DNA of 62,682 nucleotides, filler included, from Globobulimina sp. (GCA_003354225.1; 26 parts of 26 records of this genome joined end to end with filler, not necessarily neighbours in it); one strand, 5' to 3'; positions 24,688-38,464 are shown, counted from the first letter of the whole stretch. A program made the numbers and translations. The notes: a model not told the origin generated them from the sequence alone.

Positions 24688-26471
24688 ATGTCCCAGTCTC
24701 CAACGATTGATACATGTGATTCAATACAAACATGTGTATCCATAAACAGAATCGTTTCATATTTGCACGTGTATCAAACAATGGATATCGAAACGATTAG
24801 TAAAACATTCACAAAATCAAATTATCCATTTTTAACGGATGATTTTAATCACGTTCTAATTCACCATTTATGTGATGCGTATTCTCTTTCTCAAACAAGA
24901 GGTGAATTTGAAGCAATACATAATTATATTATGTCAAAACTGAAACATTGTAATATAGAAACATGTGTTGGATATCAACGGAATAATCGAAACCGAGAAA
25001 AAGAAAACATATCACTACGTAACAACGATGGGAATGAATCAAGAATTGACGACAAAGCAGAATATTATGTCGATACATTAGACACAATGCATTCTTTTTT
25101 TCTCCATACATTCGATGTCGGCTTCAGAATAAAATCGACGGAGTTTAATATTAATCAAGATTCAAATGCAGACGATGTGGATGTTGAATTATATCAAGAT
25201 TTAGCAATGAAGAAATTATCCACTTTGCTGAGAAGCAAAAGGCAGCGATTAAAAAATATTCGTGGGACAGAAAGAACCACGAAAACCAAATTTATTACAA
25301 ATATTGATTCACAAAATGTTATTTATGAAACTCATAAAGGTACAAAATATATACTTTTATAACATATACAATTTCTGATCGGATCTGAATAAATATTAAA
25401 TGTATAAATAGATATTAAAGTGGATGAAAAGGATGAAAAAAAAGATGACACGAAACCCAGCAAAACGAAGAATAAATCGTATTCGTTTGGCATTCGCTAC
25501 AATTATTGGAATAGAAAAGGTAAAAATTATGTAACACCAAAATATAAAAATATGAAGCATGAATTATTAGATAACGCCATATTTAAAATTGATTTAGCAA
25601 ATTATAACTCAGCAAAACAAAAAGCAAAAAGGAAATTAAGCAGTAAATATGCAAAAAGTTTAAAATCCGATGGTTATGCGGAGAACGAATATGGCATTAA
25701 AGCAGAATCGGTGATAACTCGCCCACATTTAATGGCTGTCATTTTTTATACAGATTTTGATGTATTGTCATATAATTTCAGTTCAACATTCAGAGCATTG
25801 CAGAAAGAAAATAAGACAAAAAAGGGGAAGGCCAGCATTGATAGCTGTAAATTACGAAACAGTGAGTATGCAATGTTAAGCAGATTATTATGTGAAACTG
25901 TGAATGCATTTGGAAATAGGCAATCAAAGCATATTCCAGTTTATTATCATGGCATCAGTGGTTTATTAATCTTTTCATCTTTTTTAGCAACTTTTAATTC
26001 GCCAACATCCACCACTATGCAAATCGAAGTGGCTGTAATATTTGCAAAAAATAATGGCGCTATCTTGGAATTACAAAAACATTCAAAATGGTTATCCTAT
26101 TTTAATTGTTCGTGGCTGAGTGCATATTGTAATGAGGATGAACGATTATTTATAAATCCGATTGAAAGATATCAATTAAAGTTTTCCTCCATTCGATCGA
26201 TTACAGAACTACAGATATTAGATTATCGATGTTATATTCATGCGTTGACTGCTTTAAATTATGCGGTGAATTGTGATAAACCAAAAGGAAGAGATGTTAT
26301 CAACAAAACGGATATAAAAATAATCAGAAAATTGGTGATGAATGAAAGCAGCAAATTTCCTCAATATATACAAGATACATTTACTGCATTCAGCAAAAAG
26401 AAAAAAAGAATTGCTTTTAAAATGAAATATATTAATAAATATTATCCACAAATGTTATCCTTATTTTTTTA
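24688..26471 (+). CDS. ADP-ribosyltransferase-like protein with Cys/His-rich N-terminal domain; intron 25340-25411; 3' truncated
   Basis: Motif order AVIFYT...VYYHG...PTSTT...VA..FA...GAILEL...SWLSAYCNEDERLF follows the R-S-E ART core. The phase-1 intron joins the two ORFs. Confidence 0.65.
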
Positions 26472-27456
26472 NNNNNNNNNNNNNNNNNNNNNNNNNNNNN
26501 NNNNNNNNNNNNNNNTTAATTAATTAANNNNNNNNNNNNNNNNNNNNNNNNNNNNNNNNNNNNNNNNNNNNAATTTAATTTAATTTTTTGTTGTTGTTTA
26601 ATTATTCATCGGTTTTTTTAACATAATCAAATGGATACTTTGTATTTTATTGTTTTAAAAATATTTACTCCTTTTACTGTACTTCACGAATGAATGAATA
26701 ACTAATTCTTTTTGTGTTACTTTGTAATTTCTTCGTGTAAACGTTTTAGTGTATAAATTTTTTTTTATTTTGTTTTTTTTTTGCGTGTAACACTTAAGTA
26801 TTATTGCACATTGATTATCTCTTTAAAATTGTTTATTGTTTTATAACTCTCCAATTTTTTTATTTTCTTTTAGCGTTTTGTCCAACATTTTTTACTCATA
26901 TTACAAATTCTAAAATGTTTCTTTTGTAATATTTTCTTCTCTCTAATTTCATTTCTTTTCAATTTGCTTTGTTTTGTTAAATTTTTTATTTTTTGTACGT
27001 AATCTCGTATGTTTTTCTACGTTGACTGTGATTGAATCGATTTAGAAACTAAAAAAAAAACATATCTTTATTTATTGATCAATTTATATTTACCATGTTC
27101 CCCCTTTTGTTTCAAAGTGACTTATAGAAACTGTCATTATTATAATAAAGAAACGTTCGTTTTTGCAGAATTTTTCTTACTTCGAGCTTGATGATTCCAA
27201 AAAAATAGGTCATGACTGATAAAATTGTGATACAGTAAACAACAGCAAGCGTAGAGTTGGTGCAGCGGTCGCACCGAATAACAGTACATTTATAACTGCA
27301 CTAAAGCGGTCGCACATAGGCTCAGAATTATATGGATCGCACTAATATTTTAACTTGGTGGGCACCAATCAGATCGCAGTCGTTTGTTAGGTGTTCAAGA
27401 GTTTTCGAATTAAACATTTTACCCAAGAAGTTGCAAAAAACCCTTTAATTTTTAAG

Positions 27457-28886
27457 ATGGTGTTATTAAGTGTGATCAAACAGAAATTGAACCCGGAGAA
27501 TCCATTTGAGCGAGGCCATCCAGTTCAATTATTACTATATTTATTCAATCAATTTAATCAAGAATCAGTAATATTATTATTAGGTAAGATAGAAACAACA
27601 TTACCATCAATATCAAATGAATCAAAAACATTAATTGAAAAGGCAGAATATTTATTTGCTTCTGCATTTAAACAACATGAATATTATCAGAACGCAACAG
27701 ATGAAGAGAAAGAATATATTGAACAAGAAATTAAACTAAAAAAACATAAAAACAATGCCAATAACACAGACGAAAAAGACACAGAATTCGATGATCTAAA
27801 ACAAGAAGAAGAATGTGTTGATAATCAGAGTTATAACACAAACAAAACAACAAATGATTCTGAACAATGGATCGATAAACAATTTAGAGTTTGTGATTTA
27901 TATTTTCGTAAAGCATCCACATTGAGTCCAAAATGTATTAAATGTTATTTAAAACACATTAAATTTTTATTTCAATGTAAAAAAATAAATCAAGCAAATG
28001 AAATATTTGAAAAAGCATTAGCAGTCATTCGAACTCTACAAAAAAGAAAAAAAGAAAATAAAAAATTAAAAAAATCAAAGCAATCGAATAATGATAAAAT
28101 GCATTTATTAAAAATCTCCGAATTAAATGCAATTTCAACATTAATACGTTTTTATTTTGGATATTTATATTATATGAACGATGATATTGAGAATTTTAAT
28201 AAATATTTACAAGAATGTTTAGATTACGAACCGAATAATATCGGAATGCGCTGTCAATTCATTGTTTGTCTAATCACACAAATTAAATATGAAGAAGCAT
28301 ACAATTATTTACTACGAACACTTCAATTATTAAAAGAGAAAGAAAATGAATATATTGCAAACAAAGAGAAAGACAAAAATGATGTTACAATGGATATGAT
28401 AAAACATTATCGCGTAATTTGCGGCATTGGAGCAGCATCGATTCGTTTTGTATTTGGTATTAATTATGACGATGTAACCAAACATTTACAGTTTGTAATG
28501 GAAAATGACGATGCAAACATTGGAATTATTAAATATTGTTTAAGTTACTCATTATATAAAAATGCGCAATATGATGAATGTCTTTTTTATTATGATCAAT
28601 TTGTCAAATACATAAATAAAAAAAAAGCAGATGCAATTGCTACAAAACAGAAAAGTACCAATAAGTCGGAAATTGAAATTGATGATGAAATAACAGAGCG
28701 AAAAAGTAAACAACAAGTTATGAACGAAGCAGCATCACAATTAACTATGGATTTTTTTAAATGGCATCCAAATTCACAGGGAAATAATATATCGGAAATA
28801 TTAGAGGTTGGACTCGATATTGTTGCTGTTTTTATTTTTATTTTTGCGACCTATACAATTTCTGGATATTCACCGAATTTTGGTAA
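27457..28886 (+). CDS. TPR/helical-repeat protein, 3' truncated
   Basis: TPR-like units (FRKASTLSP...QANEIFEKAL; YLQECLDYEPNN...KYEEAYNYL; YKNAQYDECLFYY). Confidence 0.6.
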
Positions 28887-28986
28887 NNNNNNNNNNNNNN
28901 NNNNNNNNNNNNNNNNNNNNNNNNNNNNNNTTAATTAATTAANNNNNNNNNNNNNNNNNNNNNNNNNNNNNNNNNNNNNNNNNNNN

Positions 28987-31301
28987 AAAGTATTAATAAA
29001 ACGGATTGGAGCAGTACCGATATTTGAAAAATATCCAAATTTAATTGAGATATTATTACATTCGTATTGCGTTGTTGGTGGCGTCGCAATCACATTGTTA
29101 CAATTACTATTAAATTTGGCCAAAAATGAATATGATAATCTGGAAAAATGGAGAGAATTATGGATGGATCCTGTTTGTAAAGGATTGCTGGATTCAAATA
29201 AAATGATACAGAAAATTACAAATGTTGCTTTATTAAAATATTTGATAAGAAATGATCCAAAGTCATATTTCCCGTTACTTGAACATATATTAATGTCAAA
29301 TAATTTGTCTTCGTTAATTGCAATATTAAAATATGGCAAAAGAAATGGAAGCATCACCAATAATATGTTAGAAGAATGGTTGACATCCAACAATAAGTCA
29401 ATTAAGTTAATTAACAGAGATTTAATATTTAAATGTTCATTGCATAATGACATAGAAATTAGAATGTCCACATTGGAAATAATTTGTGTATCATCACTAA
29501 GCACAGACATTCCAGGAATAAATCAATTTAAATTGTTACAAACAATATTGCCATATTTAATGAAATTGCAAATGAGTAAACATCGGGATGAGTTTGTGCA
29601 ATGTATACAAAAATTATTGTTACGAATGAAAAATGGATGTTATAAAATATTGCATCAAACGCGTAAGTCAACAGATACAAGTCCTAAAATTGTAAATTGT
29701 TTAGATTTTATTGAATGGTTTCGATTATTTTTATTAAATAATTTATATTCAGGTGCTCCAATTGAAAGAATGTCAACTTCCATTACTTTGTATTATTTCT
29801 TATTACAAATTTGGACCCACAATGAAAATGAAAACAAAACAAAATATCAAATATTAGAAATACCATTGTTAACAAATAATAAATATATAGTAAATATATT
29901 ATTAAATTGCATGATGAGTGGTAGGGATCAAATACGTTTGTTATCACATAAAATATTACAATTATTACCATCACCACTTCCTGGATATGACACTGAGCAG
30001 TCAGTGATTAAATTAATTAAAAAATGTTTGCTTTTAGCGACTTCCCCCAAATTATTAGAATCTGATTGCGGCGCCTTGTCATTGTCAATTATATTTAATA
30101 AATACGTAAAAAAATTAAAATGGTCAGTTGATTTACTTTCTGTCTTTAATAATTTATCCGCAAATAATATTAACATTAATATTAAAATTAATCAACACGA
30201 AAAAGCAGAAGAAGCAATATTATCATTTTTAAATAGTTTTAATGGGATATTAAATACACATATTTCAATTATATCAGTTATACCATATCATAAACGATAT
30301 CGATCATCACATCACAGAGTACATGGATTATTAACATTTTTTAGGCAAATTCTACCAAATTTAAAATTAAAATTACAATCAAAATGGAAAAAAACATTGT
30401 CAAACATTCTGAAAAACGTTTTTGAAATTGGTGAAATGTCGTTAATTCTTCATACCAGAAATCCAAAACAAAAACAAATTGAAAATGCAGAAATTAAACA
30501 GAATGAAAAGGAAAATGTGAAATTAATTGGAATTGATTGTAGAGGACATATGACATTTTCTGGTTTAAATGATTATAGTGATCAACAAATGGAACAAATG
30601 ATTGTTGTTTCGAGTTGGTTGGCTGTAAAAGAATCGTGTTTATCATTAGCTGCAATTATTAAAAATTGTATAACATTATTAGAGATTGAAGATATACAAA
30701 AAATGGGAGCATTTTTCCTTCAAACTTTACAAACAACGCGACATAATGGGGTCATACAAAAATCCCATGCTGGTTTTGCGACGTTATGTAGCTGTTTGTT
30801 AAGATCTGATAAGACATATTTAAAAGATATGGTTAAAAACTGGCTGGACACACTATTAAATATTGTTAAAAATGATGCGGAGCAACATTGGATTCGTAGA
30901 TCCGCCGGATTTCCATATGGATTTTTAGCAATACTTGAGGCAGAATGTAAAATAAAAACAAATAATAAACAGTTATTTAAATATGCAATGAAGCAATTAT
31001 TAATTGAAGCAAATCAAAATAATACATGGCAATCAACAGTTGTATCATTAAATATTATTATGTTTATATTTCGAAATTCTTTATTTTCTTTATCTATCAC
31101 ACCGTTTATATCTGAAACATTTCAAATTGTTTTGCCAGGATTTGCTAACAAACAATGGGCGGTTCGCAATTCAAGTATGCTTTGTTTAACTGCTATTATT
31201 TCACGAGCAATCAGCAAAGCTCACGATATCATGAAAATTGATACAACCCATAATAATAACCAAGAAAGTGAATTTTTTAATGGATTATTACTGTTAAATA
31301 T
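28987..31301 (+). CDS. THADA: THADA / Trm732 armadillo-repeat protein (DUF2428), internal fragment
   Basis: VSSWLAVKESC, TTRHNGV, IRRSAGFPY, VVSLNII..IFR and WAVRNSS motifs. The ORF spans the whole contig. Confidence 0.9.
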
Positions 31302-31597
31302 NNNNNNNNNNNNNNNNNNNNNNNNNNNNNNNNNNNNNNNNNNNNTTAATTAATTAANNNNNNNNNNNNNNNNNNNNNNNNNNNNNNNNNNNNNNNNNNN
31401 NTGATGGTGTGAGATGAACCAAGTTATAATATTTTTTTTTGTCGTGAATTTTTTTTGCTGACTAATCAAAACATTCTCTAATTTCCAGAAATTTCTGGAA
31501 AATAAATTAGAATTTTCCGGAAATTTCTTAAAAAATTTCAATAATTCCTATACAAATCCTTAAGAAAATTCTGGAAAATTCTGAATTGTTTTTTCTG

Positions 31598-31686
31598 AAA
31601 ATTCGTTTCTGAAAATCATGTAAAAAATTCGTTTCTGAAAATCATGTACAAAATTAGTTTCTGAAAATCATGTACAAAATTAGTTT
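31598..31686. repeat. Tandem repeat, ~26-27-bp unit x3
   Basis: AAATT(C/A)GTTTCTGAAAATCATGTA(C/A)A repeated three times. Confidence 0.9.
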
Positions 31687-32392
31687 TTTTTAAATGTAGT
31701 ACTACTACTACTATTTTCATCAAAATAGAAATTAACATCGAATAAGGAAATTAACATCCTTCCTGGAATGCGATGTTGTTTAACATATAATACTAGTATT
31801 TGCAATCTCTATTGCTCTTGCTATTGCGTCTCTTTAATATGTAACATAATCATTCTTTTTATTTTCCTCTTCATCGCCAATTAATAATTCTTTTTTTCTT
31901 TTTCTTTTTTATTGATCCACAATGTATATAATTTTAAAATGATTTTAATTCGTTCAAAACATCAAGTTCTCAAAGCACCAGTCCGAGAATTTTTTGGCGA
32001 CTTCGTATAATGAGTCGAGAGTGAATTTGGATATTTGGGCAGTATTATGAATGTATGGTTTATTTTATGTGGATTTTATGAGTTATTTTGTTTGTTTGTT
32101 ATGTTGTTTGTTATTTTATTTTAATAGAGTTTTCCTATTTGACCTTGATTTTGCTCATGATCAACATTTTTTTATCAAAATTGTTAGATCAAAAGCTGTT
32201 GAACAAAATTCACAACATGTTCAACATGTTTTGCTAACCCACTGAAAATCAACTTTAGTTTACTAAATTAAAATGTTAGGAAAATCAGGCCGGAGGTTTC
32301 ACAATATCATAAAAAAACACAGTCACAAAAAGTTAATTGGGGCGATAGACCCTTATTCGATGTTAATTTCAATTTTTGAGTAATGTTTTTGG

Positions 32393-32747
32393 TTTGCACT
32401 TTGTGCCCGGTGGCTTGTCTAGTGCTCAAATCAAATACAATTTGAAAAATATATAAATACAAACACCAATCGAAAGTTTCTTTCCAACACCAATCAATAT
32501 AAAATCTGTCATGTAAAGGATTGGTATGAAAACAGGAAAAAAATAATCATCAAATTTATCAAAATTAGAGTAATCTTTTTGGCTTTAGCACTTTTAGGAT
32601 TATGAATAATTATATAATTAGATTTGCACTTTGTGCCTAGTGGCTTGCATGGTGCGCAAAATAAATACAATTTGAAAAATAAATAAATATAAACACCAAT
32701 CAAAAGTTTCTTTCGAACATCAATCAATATAAAATCTGTCAGGTAAA
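32393..32747. repeat. Imperfect ~125-bp direct repeat pair (32393-32517, 32623-32747)
   Basis: Both copies read TTTGCACTTTGTGCC..GTGGCTTG...AAATACAATTTGAAAAATA...CAATCAATATAAAATCTGTCA.GTAAA. Confidence 0.85.
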
Positions 32748-32949
32748 TGTTTGCTTAGAAAAAATAAACATCTGGCTGCACTAAATATAATCATGCATGT
32801 TGAACAATATGTTTAACATGTTGCTTATCAGCCTGATCAAAATATAATATTCACGGGCGCATATTTTGCGGATCAGCAATGTGGTGCTTTTGGTGTTGTG
32901 GAACATCAATGTTGAGGTTTTCGAACTGCGACTCCAAGCTTTTTCATGT

Positions 32950-33716
32950 TTAACATTAAATGCTCGACATGGAAAACTTTACCTATGTAATGTCCAGCAT
33001 GCACTGGATAGATATATCCAGAAGATTCAGGTTCAAAGCCTGAGGCTGCCCCAATTACGAATTTCAGTGAGATTTCAATAGGATTCTTTCAACAATTTAC
33101 GCAAGAATTTCGCGGATTTTTTATTGGATTCTTTCAACAAAAACAAGTTAAACAACATCAAGTATGTCATTGAATTGGTGCAGAATGCCACAAATAGCAT
33201 CGTCCCGGATTTAGAGGGCATGGCTGGCGAGGTTTTGGTGGCGAATTCGTTGGAGATATTGGCTGAGTAAATTATTTTATGGCGATAACGGCCTTCGTGA
33301 TGCCAACTCATTCCATGGCATGCTTGCTTTTAACGTGTGCGATGCATGAATATCGCGACTATTTGGCGCCGTTTTTGAATGATCACAACGGTGAGGATAA
33401 TATCGGCACATTTTGGCAGTGCAATGATGAGATTATGGATAAAATAATTTCGTATCAAAGCATTTATTATGAGAATCAGGACGATTTATATTGTTTCAGT
33501 GCATTGGGCAAAGCCATTGAACAGCGATGTGGAACAAAGTCAAATTAGACTTGAATGCATTCGCCGCGCCGCCATGTTTGATCAGTGCGATATTGACGGC
33601 GTGCATAGAGAGTGCGAGGATGGACTGTGACGTTTTAAGTGAGATTAAATAGTTGATTAAGGCGGTTATGAATGGAGAGAAGCATGGTTTGAGCGGCGAT
33701 GAGTTGTGAGTTAATG
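32950..33716 (+). pseudogene. Degraded coding remnant of unknown family
   Basis: Protein-like stretches (NLRKNFADFLLDSF...ANSLEILAE; LLLTCAMHEYRDYL...FSALGKAIE) interrupted by stops and frame changes. Confidence 0.35.
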
Positions 33717-34147
33717 NNNNNNNNNNNNNNNNNNNNNNNNNNNNNNNNNNNNNNNNNNNNTTAATTAATTAANNNNNNNNNNNNNNNNNNNNNNNNNNNN
33801 NNNNNNNNNNNNNNNNAACATATCCTTTTGACAAATTATTATTCGTTTTCATAATACCCAATGCGCGGCAATTTAATCTTTTCCAACGCGCGGCGTTTAT
33901 ATACCTATATAATAATATTTGATTTGTTATGTTTGCATTATAAATTTTAAAATCCCATTTGCATTATAAATTTTGTAAATGTTAATCCCATTAAAAACAT
34001 GTCTGAACCAAAAAAATGGCTTCCAGTTATTTTACATCAAGACATGCCTTTAATAATTTTGATGATTTGTTTAAATATATATATATAGTATTTAATATTA
34101 ATGGTATTTAATATCGTAATTTATAAACTGTATAATTATATCAATGC

Positions 34148-35644
34148 TCATTCACAAACAGCATAGTTTTGTTTTTGTTTCTGTCTTTTATTTTGAATCA
34201 CAAATTTTGCCGCAATTAAAAAATGATCCGATGGATAATTCGAATTTGGCAATCTACATTCAAATCTTTCAATATCTTTTCCTTTCCATCCGGACAATAC
34301 CTCCCTCGCCACAAACAAATCCGTATCAATCCGTTTATCCCTATTATCAATCCACTCTCCAACCATAATATAATCAAAACAGGCCTTAACGTCTCCATTC
34401 TTATACCCTGCATACACACTGAATCTATTCTCATTGTTATTCCATACCGATTTGAACCTCAATCCATGGCCATTCTCACTCTCCTCCCTATCACTCACAC
34501 CATTCGTCAATAACTTATACGCATCGTTATTAACCACAATGCCTTCCTCATTAATAACATCCTCAAAATGGAGATTCAAATCGCCACAGAGTAACACTGG
34601 CATTTTATACGAATATTCCTGCATAAACTCCATCAGAATTCCACATTGCTGCACTCGTTTACTCTCACATTCGTTGGTTATGCCAGCCTTTAAATGTGTG
34701 TTCCAAACATCAAAACTAACATTTTGCCGATTCAATTTCAGCCGCACTCCCAACGCAACTTGACAGCAAATATGCTCCTCACCCAAAATGCACTGAAATT
34801 TCTGGTTCAAGGAAGAGATCTTATTCCTGTTCCAAAAGATGGCCACCCCGTCCTGGATCTCGTTGTATATCTTGTTTTTCATCAAATAGACGCCTTCGTA
34901 TTTCAACAATGCTAAATTCGGTTTATAAAAGGAGTAAAAATGCGTTTTGTCGATCTCTGTGAGGCAGATAATGTCAGATTGATACTGCAGTATTTCAAAT
35001 AAAATCCGTTTGCACCGATACTCCCAAACTAAATATTTCGGCTCGCATTTGAAGGTAAAGGTGATGCCGTCGCTGCCGCCTTCACAGAGAGACTGCGCCA
35101 AGCAATTAAACTGAGAGACTGTTATCTTTTGATCACTTTTGCCATTCACTTTTAATATTTGCCACTGTCTCTGCGCGATATCTAATTTCATTTCGCGTAA
35201 TTGCTTGATGGAGAATAAGCGTATGGTGTCATCGGGGATATGTTTGGGTGGAATCCGTGGTTTTTGCTGCAAAATGTGTTTAAAGCGACAGGTGTGGCGT
35301 CTAGCACAACCAAATGGGGAATTGAAGTATTTACATAATTCATTGGTGAGATAGAAGCCGTTATAATGATTATTGTTGTTATTCTGCATGCGTATATTAC
35401 GTATATTTTTGTTGAATCTTTGGATTTGTTTTCTGACTGATTTACCATATTTCACCTACTATTTCGTTATATAGGTGCATGGTGTGGGTAAAATGTATAT
35501 ATTGACAGGTAAACTAACCTCAAGCCATTGTCCTTCTGCATCATTAAATATTTTTATTATTTCTCCGTCAAACCATTTTTTCTTCGAATTTGAGTATATT
35601 TCGCATAATGATCCTACGTTGCATGCAGTCTCCTGGAAGGACAT
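34148..35644 (-). CDS. Nocturnin/CCR4-family EEP phosphatase with N-terminal SH3/Tudor-like module and CCCH zinc finger; intron 35456-35518
   Basis: QFNCLAQSL, WEYR, DIICLTEID, DGVAIFW, THLKA, LCGDLN, FDYI and LPNSNYPSDH; CCCH finger CKYFNSPFGCARRHTCRFKH. Confidence 0.88.
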
Positions 35645-35903
35645 GGTAATTATATGCAGTCAACAAAAATAAAGTTTTTTGTGAATTCAGTCAAAAAGGA
35701 CATGGAAAGCAATAAGCAGTCATTTGCAGTTTGCCAGTTCAACGCGTTCTATAGTCTCAAGCATCAACAGATTCGAACAATTATGTACAACTTTTGTAAT
35801 ACAACATTCATAAAAACAGATTGGAACAATTAATGTCATCCAAACATATACTGTCTCCTTATTGGAACAATTTATTCTGTCTCCTTATACAATAATTACA
35901 ACA

Positions 35904-36131
35904 TCATTTATTCTGACTCCTTATTTCATCATCCAAACATATTAAGTGTTTATTTTTATATTTAACCCATTTATCAAATTCATTATTTTCTTTCAATTCC
36001 ATTATTTCTTTTCTTACATTTATATGTCCGGTTTGTCTTTTTCTAATCCATTTATATTTCTCCGGTTTATGATTCGGATCAAAAATTAGCAAACAACAAG
36101 GAAATTTTGTTTGAGTTTTATATCCAACAAA
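35904..36131 (-). CDS. C-terminal fragment of a hypothetical protein
   Basis: Frame open from the contig edge: FVGYKTQTKFPCCLLIFDPNHKPEK...stop. Confidence 0.4.
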   Translation of the reverse strand, partial: FVGYKTQTKFPCCLLIFDPNHKPEKYKWIRKRQTGHINVRKEIMELKENNEFDKWVKYKNKHLICLDDEIRSQNK

Positions 36132-36443
36132 NNNNNNNNNNNNNNNNNNNNNNNNNNNNNNNNNNNNNNNNNNNNTTAATTAATTAANNNNNNNNNNNNN
36201 NNNNNNNNNNNNNNNNNNNNNNNNNNNNNNNCGTCAGTAATATTATGTACTGTTTCGGTTGTAGCCTGAGAGAGTTTTCTTTTTTTATGTGGATTAATAT
36301 CATCCAAATATAAATTTGCTTCGTTTGCTTGTCGTTTTATGTTGCAGCGAGTCGACATGTTCAAGTTCAGATGTTTAATGTTCAAGTTAGTATAATAAAA
36401 AGAGTAAACAACAACAAAAAACCTTCAAAATAGCATTATATAC

Positions 36444-38464
36444 ATGGCAGAACAAGTAGGATTAATAGATAAAGAAAAGACAAAATCACAAGTAGAACTA
36501 GTAGATGTTGAATTAAATCCAGCGACAAAATCAAAATCACAGCCAATTGGTCTTCATGCAGTGGCCAAAATGCGCGCTGAAGATGATGTCGACCAAGCAA
36601 TGGATTGGTTGGAGATGTCCGCCTCCTCTCTTTTATTGTCATTAGAAACAGCAAAGCATCCGAAAGTAGTAACAAAACGGCAACAAATGAATATTTACAT
36701 TGTTTATTTCTCCGTTTTTCTCGACAATATGGGCGTTTCTGTGGTTCAGCCGATTTTGCCATATTACGCAGCAGAATTTGGTTGCACCAGCATCCAGTTA
36801 GGAATGTTATATTCATCCTACTCATTAATGGCTACATTTGCTACTATATTCATGGCAAAAATGTCGGACCATTTTGGAAGGAGACCGATGATTTGTTTCA
36901 GTTTATTTGGTACAATGACCGGTTTTTTATTGACAGGGTTTGCCTGGAACTATGCATCGTTGCTAGCCTTTAGATTCTATACCGGCGCATTTGGTGGCTC
37001 TTTCAGTGTGGCCCAAGCTTACATGGCTGACGTTTGTCCGCCAGATGTTATCGAGAAATACTTGGCCGGTGTTGGCGGAGTGATGGCCTTGGCCTTTATA
37101 GTCGGTCCGTTATTAGGTGGAGCTCTCAGTTCGTTTGGTTTAAATATTCCTTTTTTCGCATCTGCAGCCTTTGGGGCTATTGGCTTCCTCATTGCGTTGA
37201 TATGGTTACAGGAATCGTACTTTCCTCAACAAGTTAAACACAGAGATGCTATAATGAAGAAATTAAAATCGAAACAAAAAACTGATGAATATCAAGCGAT
37301 TTCTGCCGTCACTGATGATGAGATTGAAATTGATGCCAAAGCAGATAGTGTTACTGAAACAGAAAAGAAAACAGAAACAGAAACAGAAACAGAAGAAAAA
37401 GAAAAAATTAAGATTCCAGTACAAGTTTGGATCATTATGACTTCATATTTCTTCTCCTCGTTGGGATTCTGTTGCTTTTCATCCATGTTCGCGCAATATT
37501 TAATTGATATGTTCGGTTTGGACACTGGTTTGTTTGCTTTTTATTTGTATATTCCAAGTGAATCAATTCAGAAACGATTACAAATTAATTCTGAATTACG
37601 CACAAATTAATTTATGTTTATATATACTGTATACACGAAAAACAAAATCATTTGTCAGGACAAGTAAGTTTATTGACATGTATTATTGGAACGATATTTG
37701 TGATTGCAAACGTTGTGGTATTTACGTCGTTGTCCAAATATATGGGTTTATATTGGCTGGGAGTCGCTGGTTTAAGTTTGTTTGCTGTTTGTTTGGGTCT
37801 AGCCCCGGTCAGTGGAGAAGTATGGGGCCTTTTGGTGTTTATGTGCGTCGGTTTAGGTTTAGGTTATGGTGTAATAATGCCTTGTATGAGTGCCATGGGC
37901 ACAGACTATGCAGATGAAGAGAACAGAGGGGCTGTGTTGGGATGGATAACTGTCGGAAATCAAGTGGCTTACATCTTTGGTCCGATTATAATGGGCGCAG
38001 TGTATGCAGTTGACGCTGATTTGATATTTTATACAGCTGCGGCATTTGCCGGCGCTGCCTGCGTGATCCAAGCAACTTTGTTGATATTTTGGCCGGAAAC
38101 CCGTGTTCCTAAGAAACATAAAGAAATTGATGTGGATGAGGAAATTCAACGATATATTGAGCATCCTGAAACATGGAAATATGAAATGGATAAACCATCA
38201 AAATCTGACTTTAGAAAAATGGGAAAATTGTTTGGCACAATGCTTGTCGAAAGGGGTTATAATTGGAAACGATATCATGCAAAGTTTGTGAAAATATTGG
38301 ATTTGGCATTCCCTGCAATTCGGACTGATTCATGGGAACATTTTTATGAGGATAATAGATTTATGAGGTCTAGATTTGAGAAAATATCATTTGATTTTGA
38401 ACAGGTTAAAGCTTTGGGACAAGTAGGTTTGATGGGGGAAACGCATAATGTCGTTATTTCATAG
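36444..38464 (+). CDS. MFS transporter (DHA1/TetA-like); intron 37528-37658
   Basis: VFLDNMGVSVVQPILPYY, motif A KMSDHFGRRPM, AQAYMADV, AFIVGPLLGG; about 12 TM helices after in-frame splicing. Confidence 0.92.

Noticed and set aside
26572-27100. T-rich tract that could encode a Lys-rich protein on the minus strand or suggest stop-codon reassignment
   Set aside because: The frames I read are interrupted by stops, and the conserved genes in the window read normally with the standard code.
28770-28886. Hydrophobic tail of the TPR ORF as a third chimeric junction
   Set aside because: No recognisable foreign motif or clear composition shift; cannot be supported.
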